Part shown: piece by piece, positions 25,186 through 38,013 of the stretch
How the letters are laid out: the number at the start of each line of letters is the position of its first letter
Position numbering within the stretch: the stretch's first letter is position 1
Assembly: GCA_020137815.1 (NCBI GenBank)
Contig: CM035351.1
Location: 9,486,001 to 9,550,000 of the forward strand
Length of the DNA stretch: 64,000 bases
Reading direction: 5' to 3'
Origin: Hormiphora californensis
Lineage: Eukaryota > Animalia > Ctenophora
Notes under the pieces: generated by a model
The model's database searches: none
What the model was told of the DNA's origin: nothing
What the model saw: the letters and a program-made list of their open reading frames with translations, nothing else
Position numbers and translations under genes: made by a program

Positions 25186-25645
25186 TTAAAAGATGTCATT
25201 CCAACAATCATATGGCAAGGCTACTACCCATTTACAATATCTATTCGCTGACTCCTTTTATTCGAATTGCTTATCACCGTCCGCGTCCACTTCCTTTTAC
25301 ATTACGACCTGCTTGAATAATCAATTAACATCAGCTCTGCATAGTAATCATTTCTTGATTATGGGACTGTTCTGTGGCTTTTATTTTATTGACTTAGCTA
25401 GAGAGTTTTTCCGAGCAAACAAGACCGCATATTAAATTACTGTGCCTGCATATATTTAAAGTTTTAAACACCAGTACGTTAAAGCTGCTGCTATAATAGT
25501 CTATAATACAATGTAATATGTAATAGTTGTCAGTTTACCTGCGTTACTCTCATATCCGTTAGAGAGTGGGCTGGAGGACGTACTTGTTGTAGTAAGCGCA
25601 TTACGTGAACACTTACTTATAATACGGAATTTTACTCACTATATC

Positions 25646-25737
<92 letters not shown>

Positions 25738-28714
25738 TCACTCTCTCTCCCTCACTTGAGTACTAAACTAGGTATGTTTTAATACATCAGTCTACATGGA
25801 TCTAATCTGAGATTCAAAAAAGACTCATATCACAGATCTCTACACACTTCGATCATTAACTTGATTTTGTCATTAACAGATCGATTCTATATGATTCACT
25901 ATTTTTGTAACGTGGCTACAAAACATAATATATGCTAGAATATTTTATGCAACATATTACCTTTTCATCTTGCGTAGAAGAAAAATAATCTTGCTCTCAG
26001 GAAAAGATCTGAATTTCTTGCAGATTTCCAATTTTGGTAATGCAGTTGAACGCAAATATATCGGGCTGAAAAGTTTCCCACCATCAGAAAGATCTGGAGC
26101 TAATCTTCGCATCATTTCTTTCTCTGCAGTGTGGACTGCGAGACATAGATCAGTGTTGAACCATCCAATACATGTGCTGTATTCAGGGTAGCATGTTACT
26201 GGGATGTAGCTTGTGTGTGCAGGTGTAACTTGGTGATTTTAGTCTCAAGATTCAAATCTGTACACTTGTAATAGACCCCCCTGCTCTGTTATAACCCTGG
26301 TTACACCCACACACCAGGAAGCGCTCTACTAGGAATATCACCTTGTGTTGGCTTTCGGTAGATTTCATATTTTGTCTTGATTTCGAAATCGTTTAATAGA
26401 TTTTATGTGTTAGCTATAAGGTGCCGAATGACCTTTTATTGCTTAATTACTTTTATATTAAATCCAAGTTCCTCGCTTACTATTCTTCTATTTTATTCTG
26501 CGATTTTAAATAATTTCCAGTTTCTTGGGGGTTCACGGCAGTTCGTAAAGGGGGGGTTTTTGGCATTTTTTTTTTGACAATAGAAACTTACACGATTTAA
26601 ATGTTGGAACAGCCAGCAAAAGGGGGGAACCCCCCCCCCCCCAAAAACCCCCCCCCCTCCCCCCTTGGCAGGGGGGGCCCCCCAGGGGGGAAAAAAAACC
26701 CCAAAAAACCCCCCCCCCCCTCTCTTCTCTCTTCTTTTCTCCTTCACTTTCCCCCTTTTATATTTTAAAACTCCTTTAGAGCAAGGCTAATTGGGCGCGT
26801 GCCCTAATTGTAAATGAGTCACGTCTGTCTTCCATGTGCCCCTCCTACTCTCTCCCCTTCTCCCACTTTTTATTTTTCTATTCTTTTTCCCTTCTCCCTG
26901 TTTTCTAGAAAATTTTTGTCTCCTGTAAAATGTCCCCTTTTTTTTAGGCCCCAAATTATCCTAAAGGTACTCTCCCCTAACCCCTTAATTTTTCTGAAAC
27001 ACCCCAGCTTCAATTTCCGCCGCACGTGATACGCATGGGTGTTGTTTTCCCAAAAGTTCCCATAACTTTGTAGAAAACTAGGATAATTTAAACACAAAAA
27101 AATTTATAGCTGGATAAGATACATCTGATTATTTTTTAGGTCCCTTTTGGGGGGGTTTTAGGGGCCCCCGAATCCCTTTTTACCCCCAACTCGAACCCGC
27201 CCAAAAACGGTAGCATTTGATTAAATAGGGCAATATTCTGCTGTAGTACAAGTGGTGTCAAGTTTATAGCCACGTACTTCTTCAAACCCTATAGGTTCCC
27301 CTAGTGTGGTTTTTGCTGCTTTCATTTTAAAACGCTAACATTTTCAAATTTTTTACTTTTTTTCCATCCAAAAACCCGGGTGAGATAAAGTTGACTACAA
27401 AAACGAAAAACCCCACTAATTGCATTGTAGTGCTCCCCCTTCAAACAGATAAAAATTGTTCAAAAAAGGGGACAGTCTACTATTCAATCTCTCTTGTGTA
27501 TGTACCTTGGTCCACATAATGTGATCATATATGTGTATGTCCAGATGATCTCATCCTTATCATTTGCTTAAGCTCTTCCCCTCCCCCTTAGTTTGGCTGC
27601 TTTACGTAGAACAAAATTCCCTTGTGAAAAAAAATGAAACCCCGGCGAATCTTTTCACTCAGCCCTCTATCTTGAAACTTTCTCCCAGGTTCAACTCTTT
27701 TGAAAGTTCTATCGGGGGTACAAAAATTCAAATTCTTCTTGAAAGTTCTTCTTATGATGAGAGCATACTCGAGGTATAGAGGACAATGGAAACTAGGAAG
27801 TTAAAAAGGGGAAAAAAAGGGAATAACGGGGTTCAAGGGGGGGGAAGAGGGAGAGAAGTCGGAGAAGAGAGAGAGGAGAGAGAGAGAGAGGAGAGAGAGA
27901 AAAGAGAAGAGAGGGAGGTAGAGAGCGGAAAAGAGAAGCGGGAAAAGCGAAGAGAAGAGCCGCGGAGAGAGGGAGGAGGGAGAGAGAGGGGAGAAGAGGA
28001 GGCAGAGAGAAAGGGGCGGAACCCGAGGAGAGAGAGAAGAAGAGAGGAAAGAGAGAGCGGAGAGCGAGACCCTGAGAGAAGAGAGAGAGAGAGGAGAGGA
28101 GAGAGAAGCTCGAGAGGAAACAACCCGAAACTAGATGCTGAGTCCTACTCCATCTATCCGCTTCCTTCTCCACAAAGTTCTTCCTCTTATTCTCAATCTC
28201 TCTCTATCTACTCTCTCTATTATTCTATTTCTCTCTCTGACTTGAGTTCTTTATGTATCTAGATCGTCAATGCCATCTAGACCTTTATACCATATTGGGA
28301 GCATGAGAACATGTCTTTCACGCAGCTGTATTGAGATCCAGCCACATAAGTGATCAGATCTTGGCCTGGCTTTTTCCTGGCTTTAGTACACGTGGTAGTG
28401 TAAAGCAAATTAAGTTCTAGGCATTTGACAGGAGTACTGGAGTAGTAGGCCAGGAGACATTAATTCTCTCTCTCTCTCTATCTCTCTATATCTATAATAT
28501 ATCTCTCTCCCCCTCTCTCTCGCTCTACCAATTACTTGTTTAACAGCTCGGTAGCAGCAGTGGGGGAGGTATTGTACTTCCTCCGTCTCACAGCTGTTTC
28601 TCTTGCCGGTAGTTGTTGTTTCACCATGAGCTGATACCCTCACCTCGGGGATAGTATCATCCTGAGAATATCTGGACGTGGTACCCAGTTTTGAATGATG
28701 ATCTGATGTGAATC

Positions 28715-29118
28715 TTGGAGGGAATGACTGATAAACTGGAGCAACAATTGTCATCAGATCCTGATAAATCTAATGAAGAGGTTCCTACAATGAGTTCAAC
28801 AGAGGACCATGCTACAAAAGACCACCCAGCCCCTGAGTCTGAGAGGAATCGTGGTTCTAGCGACTGCACAGAGAACCCTGAGAATAAGACAGATCCGAGG
28901 ATATCCTGCGAGTATGACATAATAGCCAATAGTCTGGAACTAGAAGGTATCATTTGTGACATTGAGATGACTGCGATGGACTGTCCTAAGGAAGCGTGGA
29001 GTCCCCGAGTGAGGAGAGATCACCCTGCCCTCCCTCTAATTAGAGACTTTACTGAACAGAGTCCGATCAAGGAGGAGGAAGATCCGGGGGAACTTGATGG
29101 ACTATGTGGACCGTGCAG
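28715..29118 (+). CDS. Probable acidic/disordered exon; gene assignment uncertain (possibly part of the coiled-coil gene)
   Basis: 135-codon E/D/S-rich open frame ending at AG|GTAGG. Confidence 0.4.
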
Positions 29119-31408
29119 GTAGGATCACTCCAGCCACCCTGTATAGTACAATTAGGGCCGGGCTGGGGCCCTGATTTCAATTCACTACTCAATACTGTAG
29201 TTCACACAATTTGTGTTTGACAGGAAACGAGCCCTGGTTAGTCAAGATGGGATGTGTCCCTGTACTTTGTACCCTGCCCCTCCTGACGGGTTGCTTGTTC
29301 AGCATGTACAATGTCAGACAGACGAACAAGCAGGTGGTGGTCATCAAATTAGTAATGTGGGACCACTGTGTAAGTCACATTTCGGTGTAATATAATTCCT
29401 TGCATGTGCTCCAATCAAATCCTCCCTTGCATTATTTGTCAGTAGGAACCATGCAATGACCTTTCTGACTTCTGACGAATTAGTGAAATCTCCTCCTTTT
29501 ATCCATTTCCAAATGATCTGAGTATGAAATCTCACTTGATTTACGTCTGCTGCTGCATTTAAATCTTCAGAGCTTTAGTGTTCCTAAAATTTACAAACAC
29601 GTGTAATAAGATCTATATATTCTCAATTCCTCAGGCACGAGAGGGGACCTAGACTAGGGTGGAGATATTTCCCATATCCCGGCCCAAAGGCTCTTCCCCC
29701 TTAGATCGTTTCTCTCTTCGTCCATCTCGCTCTCTCTCTCTCTCTCCCTCCCTTTCCCCTGCTAAAACCTGTTCTACCTCACCACCCTCTGCACATTTAC
29801 AGACCCCCCATAGTTCGCTTTGACACTCATTATTCATTGTAGTTTTCAACTAAAACTTGTGTGTAAATCCCTCCTGTTTGTCGTGTAATTCCATGAGGCA
29901 GGATTGATGGCAATATCACAATGTGTATAACATGTCACGTGTCACATGTCCCCAAGCTGGTTTAGTTAAACAGCTCAATATACGATCTGTTATAATAGTC
30001 CCCTAATAGGTGATGGATACCGTTATTATAAGCATTATTATCCGGCCTATATATGACGATGGTTGCCTTACAAGCCCATAATTTAGGACACGTATCAGTT
30101 CTTCTAGATGTTTTCCCTTGCAGCAGCTACCCCTGCGCTAGTGTACATATTCCATGTTGCGTGTTTCATGTGACATGTGTATAGTAGGTACGTGTGTGTC
30201 CAGCTTGCCCTTGCTTCACGTGTATTCCCTTGGTCTTGCTTACTCTTGTAGTTGTTGTGGTCTTGAAAATCGAGAGTTTACTGTTCCTAGTTCCCCAGTT
30301 AATTGATTTTAACTGTTTTTATGAAATTAAAAGACAGAAACAGTCAGAGCATTTCGAGATTTAACGTCTGACATAGCGTCACGATCCTTGCTATTAATTA
30401 TCTGAGATGACAAAGACCTGTCAACCATTAGATTGTTCATACAGACATCCCTGAGTAATTATGTATCCGTTATAGACAGTTCTGTAATTAACTTGGTTTG
30501 TCATTGTGTATGAAATCCTTACTCACGCCAGCAAATAGTTCACCATAATGGTGGGTTATAATTTGTGAAGTGAGAACAGATCTTTCCGATAGTTGAACAT
30601 GTCTTTGAAAATTATTATTATTTTAAGAAGTCTTTGTAAAATACAGCTATCCCTCTAATATGTGTGACTATATTCGTACCTCTATTATAGATCGCCTTTG
30701 TGCTGTCTCTTCTATAGCAATTATACCTTCATCTAGATGCCCTCTCTGAGCTCTATGTAGCCTACTGAGGGCTATAACATATGTTATGTGTATTATTGTA
30801 TTGGTCTTCTCAGCTCCCTTCTAGAAGCCTCGACAACCTGGATGTTTAGTTACTAGCTATCTAACTCTTGTTTGTGGGATATTCCTATATATTCTACCTT
30901 CTTCCTCTATCTTTCTCCGTCTATCTCTCACCTTCTCTCTTACCTTCTCTCTCGCTGGATTAAGATCCCTAACTCTCTAAGCGCTATAAGTAATCCAATT
31001 GTGCAATGTATTCACATTCTAGGAGAGCAGCAGAAGATCGGACCAAATGCAGCATATATGGGTCATATTTGTCGTATAAAACTTATCTCCCTAGGGCACA
31101 GCATATTCTGGACTTTTCTATCGCTTGTCTTCTATCACTCACATTATCTTACTTTTATCTCAATACAGTTCTTTTTAAACTGGTCCTAACGACATATTCT
31201 ACAAACATGAGGCTGACATTGAAACCACCCGCTACGAAACGTGTTAGCCTGAGTCGGTAGCCTGAGCCGGTCCATTTTCCCTGTCACATCCTTTCATTCT
31301 AGTCCCAGATCTAACAGACTCACCTAGTTAACCTAAACCTCCGCATGTTAACCTCAACCTCCCCGGATCCCATCTGATCCCCACATCTAAACCTCCCCCC
31401 TTCTTCAG

Positions 31409-32247
31409 GAAGAAGTTCAGCAGCTAGAGGGAAAGTTGTTAGAGAAGGAGAAGGAGAAGGAGGAGTTAGCCACATCTTTCTCTGCCGATTTCAACTCTGT
31501 TATCGAAAAAGAGCGCGAACACTTCCGAGTCGAGCTTTCCAAACAGGTACCAGAATTATCAGATTTAACCACTATATTTGATACCACTTTACATAGTACG
31601 AACTTGATTTGATTTAGAAACTCAACTTCATTTCTGCCACAATCACTAAGTTAGTAAAACTATTTCCTGTGTTGCAGGTTGGGACAATAGAAACCAAGTT
31701 GAATGAGAAGGACAATGCCTTGGAGAGTCTCTCTCTGGAGTTATCTGAGATCAGAGAGATCAGGGCCCGGTTAGAGACAGAGAACAACACTCTAACAGCT
31801 GAACTTGATGCACTCAAGGAGAGTAACAACTCCTCCAAGATGGAGGTGGAGTTGGACACCTTACAGAAACAGATCGAGAGTCTTACTACGAGTTCAGCTG
31901 GGGCAACAGGTGAGATTCAAGTAGTATAGAGAGATAGGGTGGTCTTCTAGGGTCTTGGTCTTGAGTTAGGTGTCAATTGGCATTGATAGAATTTTAGGCG
32001 TGAATTTGATTGACCATGGAGACATGTGTGCGTACGGGGAAAACTTTCAATGTTGTATGTGAATAAATGAATAAAGACCTTGTGTGAGAAAGGGAAGAGG
32101 GTGTGTTAGGGAGAGAGAGGTAAAAATTAAAGAGAGACAGAGAATATAAAGAGAAGAAACGGGGAGAGAGTGGTAACGCATAACACAATTTATGCCCCAG
32201 ACTCATTTTGTTATGACTATCTCTCTCTCTCCCTCTCCCTCTCTCTC

Positions 32248-32329
<82 letters not shown>

Positions 32330-32417
32330 CTTACCTTTTATCTCTCTTTCTAAGCTGATGGAAGTTTGGGTGATATGCAGCATATACCACACTGCTGAGA
32401 GTGAGAGAGAAAGTGTG

Positions 32418-32510
<93 letters not shown>

Positions 32511-35500
32511 GGGGAGTGAGAGTGAGAGAGAAAAGAGAGAGGGGGGTAGGAAAGACACGTCCTCACTGCCTATTTCTTGTAATTGCTATAAGTCTACGTG
32601 TCCTACTTTGTACACTCTATCCACCTTCCAGCTGATCTTGAGAAGAAACTTTCTGAAATGGCTGAACTAGTTGCATTGAAGGAGGGCCAGATCGAAGATA
32701 TCTCAACCCAGCTGGCTGCTGCAGCCGCCACCAACGACCAGATCTCTAGTGACAATGAAGCCAAGGCCACAGAGATCCTTGATCTGAGCTCGCAGTTGGC
32801 GGGTAAAGAGGCCGAGACGGTCAGGTTGGAGGGTCAGGTGTGTCAGCTGGAGGGTGCTGTTGAGTTGGAGGTGAATGCCAGGGTGGAGGGAGAGGCAACA
32901 TGTCAGCGGCTCAGTGAGGAGGTCACCAAGCTTAACGAACAACTCACCATAACTACTAAAGGTAATGACGGTGTGATCAATCAGCGGTGTGACCAGCGAG
33001 CGGTGTGATCAGTGCATGGTGTGATTTGTGAGCGGTGTGAGCACTGTGCGGTGTGACCAGTGAGCGGCGTGATCAGTGCATAGTGTGAGCACTGTGCGGT
33101 GTGATCAATCAGCGGTGTGAGCAGTGTGCGGCGTGACTAGTGAGCGGCGTGATCAGTGAGCGGTGTGAGCACTGTGCAGTGTGATCAGTGAGCGGTGTGA
33201 TTAGTGAGCAGGCTGACATAAACCAGTCCATATGTGTGCAGCATAAACCAGCCATTTTGCAAACCCTCATGAAACCAAACATTTCTTTAGAAGCTGAAGT
33301 TGAAGCTGAACGCCTGTTGAGTGAGGCAAACGCTGCTCAGACTACCATTGAAACCCTAACCATTGAACTAGAACAAACCAAAACTGAGAAAATCGGTAAT
33401 CATGAAACTTCGCATGCAGATATTTTAATTGAATTCCTAATTATTTAATCATTGCTTATTCATGAAACGTCCCACACAGAAAATGAATCTGAGATTCAGC
33501 ATTCAGAAGCTGTTATTAAATCGCTTACAACCGAAGTTGATAATCTCAAAGTTGAGCAACTAGGTATTGGAAACCTTCTTCTTCTTTCTTCATAAACCCC
33601 ACCACTCTTTCTTCATAAAACCACTCTTTCTTCATAAAACTCTCTTTCTTCATAAAATGCTGCAGATATAACAGCTCCCCCCAACCATTCCCTTCTTGCT
33701 CCTCAGATTATGAGGCAGAAGCAGAGCGCATGTTGAGTGAGGCAAACGCTGCTGAGAGCACCATTGAAACCCTAACCATTGAACTTGAACAGACCAAAAC
33801 TGAGAAAATCGGTAATCATAATGTCTTTCTGCTGACAATACACCTGCTTGTTCCATAAAACCTGTGATAAACCCTCTTTCATTAAAAACTCCTTCTTAAC
33901 ATGATTATCGCAGAGTCGGAGGGTATTATTGAATCGCTTACAACCGAAGTTGAACAGCTGAAATCTGACCAACTTGGTAAACTCATAAAACCAATCTTAA
34001 CATTTAACAACTCTTTTCCTATGTGTTTTCATGTAACCAACTCTTTCTTTTTTGTGTGATAGAGCGAGATCAAGAGGCTGAGTGGTTATGTGAAGAGGCT
34101 GCCGCTGCACAAGAAAATTTATCTAAACTCTGTCTAGAAGCTGCCGCTGCCCAAGAGAGTCTAAATTCTCTGACCGCTGAGTCTATTGCTGCCCAGGAGA
34201 ATATAAATTCTCTGACTGCTGAATCTATTGCTGCCCAGGAGAATATAAATTCTCTGACTGCTGAATCTATTGCTGCCCAGGAGAATATAAATTCTCTGAC
34301 TGCTGAATCTATTACTGCCCAAGAGAATATTGATTCTCTGACCGCTGAATCTATTGCTGCCCAAGAGAGTATAAATTCTCTGACTGCTGAAACTGCTGTC
34401 CTAACAGCCGAGAATTTAGGTACATGTTGGGCCTTGAATATTTATCAAATTGATCTCTCTCTATTCTATCCCATTCTTCACAATAGATTCAGCACCTGAG
34501 GTACCAGAGTTAGTCGAGGAGGCGGTTTGTGTGACCTCAGCAGCACCAGTTGAAGAGCCCGTGGTGATTGATGAGCCTGGTAATTACTCCTTCATAAACA
34601 TTTTCATTAAATTACAGCACTTTCTTTACTCCTTCATAAACCCTTCTTTTTACCCTTTGCATTCCCCATGTAGCCTCTGATGCGAGGAGCAGTGAGTTAG
34701 AGGCCACTCTTGCTGCCCTACAAATTGAGTACAACAATCTCAAGAACACTGAGGGTAGCCAAATTGGGAGTCTGACAGATGCTCTAGCTGCGAAGGATGC
34801 CGCTTTGGCAGATTTGATGAAGGAGCGAGATAGTTTGGAGGAGAAGATGGCTTCACTCCAGGAGACAGTGAATTCAACTCAGGAGCAGCTGAACACCGCT
34901 GCTGTGAAGATCTCTAACTTGACAGACGCTAACATGTCCTTACAAGCTGAGGTATCTACCCTAACATCGGAACGGGAGGTGCCTCTCACGGGATCTTGCC
35001 AGTGCTAACTCAGACAAGTACCCGTACTAGAGGAGAGTGTGAGTAGTATGAAGGTGGAGTTGGATGGTAGCCAAGGTGGAGACGGAGCAATTAGTTCAGA
35101 ACGGGGAGGTAGAGAAAGAGGTGGAGGAATACAAGGAGAGGGTATCGGAAATGGAGAGGCAATGTGCCAAACTAACCGCTACCAATGGTACATGATACAA
35201 TACCCTCGTTATAATAGGGACCTAGTCTACTAATGTCAGTTTTATGGTGTGAGAATTTAATGTTGTTTAAATAGCTTTTACTCTTTGTTAATATGTCCCA
35301 TGTTTTCAGCTGATTTGTCAAAGAGTAAATCTGAGCTGGCCACACTCCAACAGAAATACGATGATCTTGATGGTATGTTGCTATGTAGGGTTACTAATTG
35401 TTGCTGAATACATGTTACATTATAGGGGTTACTAATCGTTGCTGCCCGGGTCGCTACATATGCTGAGCACTGGGTTATTTTCTTATTTTACATGGTGAAA

Positions 35501-36984
35501 AATGGCCCACTTTCTGTGTGACATCTGTTCGGGGAATGGCCATTAATGGTGCTGTTGTTGGGCAGGGAGGTACAGTGAGGTGCGAGGTTTGTGAGGCTAT
35601 ATGTGATTATGAGAGAAGTGAGGAAGTGTGTCCCTTGCCCAACAGCGCCCTGTGTGTGCTCGCTGTCTGGTTACCATGGCTACAGAGTGCCGCCCCATAC
35701 AGGACAGTTGAAGCGGGCTGAAGAGGCTGCTACTGACAGGGAAGCAGCCACCAAACAGAGGGAGGCTGAGCTCAAACAGGAACAGGCCCGTGCTATGGGT
35801 CTTGCCGAGCAAATTGAGCAACTTAGGAAGGCTAATGATAGCATCAAGGAAGATGTGAAGAACAGTAAAGAAAGAAAAGAGAAATTAGGTACAGACAACA
35901 TATTGTTGTGGCATGTTACCTCTCTTGTTAATCAACCCCCTGCTGTTCAAATTATCTTGATACATTTCTTTGCAAGCTTTGTATGCTTCGAAAAATATAG
36001 TGAATCACTGGCTGTTGATTATGAATTTACATTTTCTCTTTCTTCTATTTCTCTGGATGTGAATTTAGCATGTTTTAGTTTCTGAATATTACCACGATGT
36101 TTCTCCCACCAGGCAAGGCAGAGAGACAGAACAGTAGAAACGAGAAGGAGTTGCAGGAGGTCAGGGCCCAGGTGAAATCACTGACTAAAGAATCAGAGTC
36201 ATCCAAGAAGGAATCGAAGAAAGCAAAAGGTATGAATTCAGGAGTGTTTGTAGTTTGTTTGTAGATCCTGTCAGGCCAATACTCTGACAGTGTAGACCAG
36301 TTTTAACAATTCTGATTTGAAGTAATGATTCTAAATCCCTCTCTTCTTTCAGACCAATTGTTGGATATCAAGGCCAAGTTGTCGGATACTCAAGACAGGT
36401 TGGCCAAGGTGTCTGAAGAGAGGAAGAGCCTTCAGAATCAGCTGAACACACCACCTGCTACACCCTCCCCGCCTCCAACAACACCGGCAGCAACCTACTG
36501 ACGAGTCTAAGGGACTAAAAGGTAATTTGTGTGCAGTACCCGACCTTGGCCGCATGAACAGAGGGGCGCGACGTGCCCAGTACCCGACCTTTGGTCATCC
36601 TCCAGACTCAGCAGTCACAAACAAACCCGACCTTGTGATTCTTTGTATTTCAGTTTCATCTTCCTGAGATAAAAACACATTTCCCCCCAAATCCAGATAA
36701 GATCAAGTCGCTGGAGAAGAAGATCTCACAGCTGAATGATGACAAATCCAGAACGAAAGACAAAGTCTGATCCAGAGGCAAGCCCAGAGCCTAATAATGT
36801 GGTATGTTTGCCCCTATTTTCTTGTATTGAAATACTTGTATGAAATCTTTATGTTATCTTTATGTTCTGATAAATTTGTCACTACCTAAACTTCCTGTTT
36901 CAGAAAGTGCTCATGGGAATGGCGGGAGTTGCTGGACTCTCCAGTGCAGTCAGTGCTTACCTCGCATCTCTATACAGCTGCTAG
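31409..36984 (+). CDS. Multi-exon long coiled-coil protein with a C-terminal hydrophobic tail anchor (golgin/giantin-like architecture)
   Basis: About 15 heptad-rich exons with AG/GT borders (31409-31546, 31678-31908, 32632-32961, 33290-33394, 33479-33562, 33706-33810, 33914-33975, 34063-34419, 34487-34579, 34674-35186, 35310-35372, 35703-35888, 36112-36229, 36353-36521, 36697-36801). Last exon 36904-36984 KVLMGMAGVAGLSSAVSAYLASLYSC* requires one indel near 36757; otherwise the stop is at 36770. Confidence 0.7.
32968..33210. repeat. Intronic degenerate minisatellite (GCGGTGTGATCAGTGA-like)
   Basis: Repeated GCGGTGTGA/GATCAGTG units. Confidence 0.8.
34096..34398 (+). repeat. Coding 42-bp (14-aa, two-heptad) tandem repeat AESIAAQENINSLT, about 7 copies
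   Basis: GCTGAATCTATTGCTGCCCAGGAGAATATAAATTCTCTGACT units in frame. Confidence 0.9.
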
Positions 36985-37387
36985 CCTTTACATCAGCGGT
37001 GGAACAGTTAATGAGAGAGAAGGAACAGTTTTTTAAGTAAAAAGTATGATAATTCACCATGCGAAACAGAGAGAGAAAGGGAATGTGCAGAGAAATTGAT
37101 GTGGTGTGCTCCCTTTTTTCACTAAATTTCAAAGTTAAGTTATTGAATCTTAACGTGGTTTGTGTTATGACTGTTTTTTTGGTCTTTTTGTTTACGATAT
37201 GTAAAGCACGCCACATTCCGTTGGGTCTAGAGCTCCTAGCCCACCATTTTCAGCCCCCTTTTATCTGCACTACTGCTTCTGTGGCCATTGTTGTGTTTAC
37301 TTTAAAGAATTTGATTGTATTGATAATAAAATATTGGTGTTTCAAGTCTAATGACATAGAAATGGGGAAGTGCTCAATAACGGTTCG

Positions 37388-37491
37388 AAACAGCAGTGCG
37401 CTTGTTCTTGATGCGCGCGATTTATTTGCGCGTCATGTATTTAGGACGCGCAAATAAAATGCGCGCATCAAGAATAGGCGCGCTGTTGTTT
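37388..37491. repeat. Imperfect hairpin of about 100 bp (GCGCGC-rich), possible small MITE
   Basis: AAACAGCAGTGCGCTTGTTCTTGATGCGCGCG..ATTTGCGCGTC / GACGCGCAAAT..GCGCGCATCAAGAATAGGCGCGCTGTTGTTT. Confidence 0.6.
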
Positions 37492-38013
37492 CATTATCAT
37501 CTGTCTGCGAGATATCCGACCGCTCTTCTCACGATGCCTGACCGATAACCATCATATCAATGTGTTCGTCAATAGATCAAATGAAACTCGCAAATAAGTT
37601 TGGAAATAATAAGAGTAAACATATAATCAACTACCATGCAACATGAACACTGCATGGCACGAGCTGGAAATTCCAGCTTCATTCCAGTGGAATAGATAAC
37701 AAACTATACCATGAGGAAATCACTCTTTTTTTTAGTTTTTACATATTTAAAATATACGTAGAACATGATAAATTTACATGTGTCCTTTGTCTTAATTAGC
37801 AACAGCACTGTGTAGAAAATGAAAGTGCATGCCTACTTCGAAATTAGCCGATTGTCCAGCAATTAACTTCTTAATTGTAGGTGGCACGTATTACAATTAC
37901 AACTACGATTGTTTTTGCAAACTAGTCATGTTTTCTAGATAATGCTCGATTGCAAACAATCTCTTCTTCTCGGTCGTTTTCTTCTGGACCGTTCGTCTTT
38001 ACACCACTCCATT

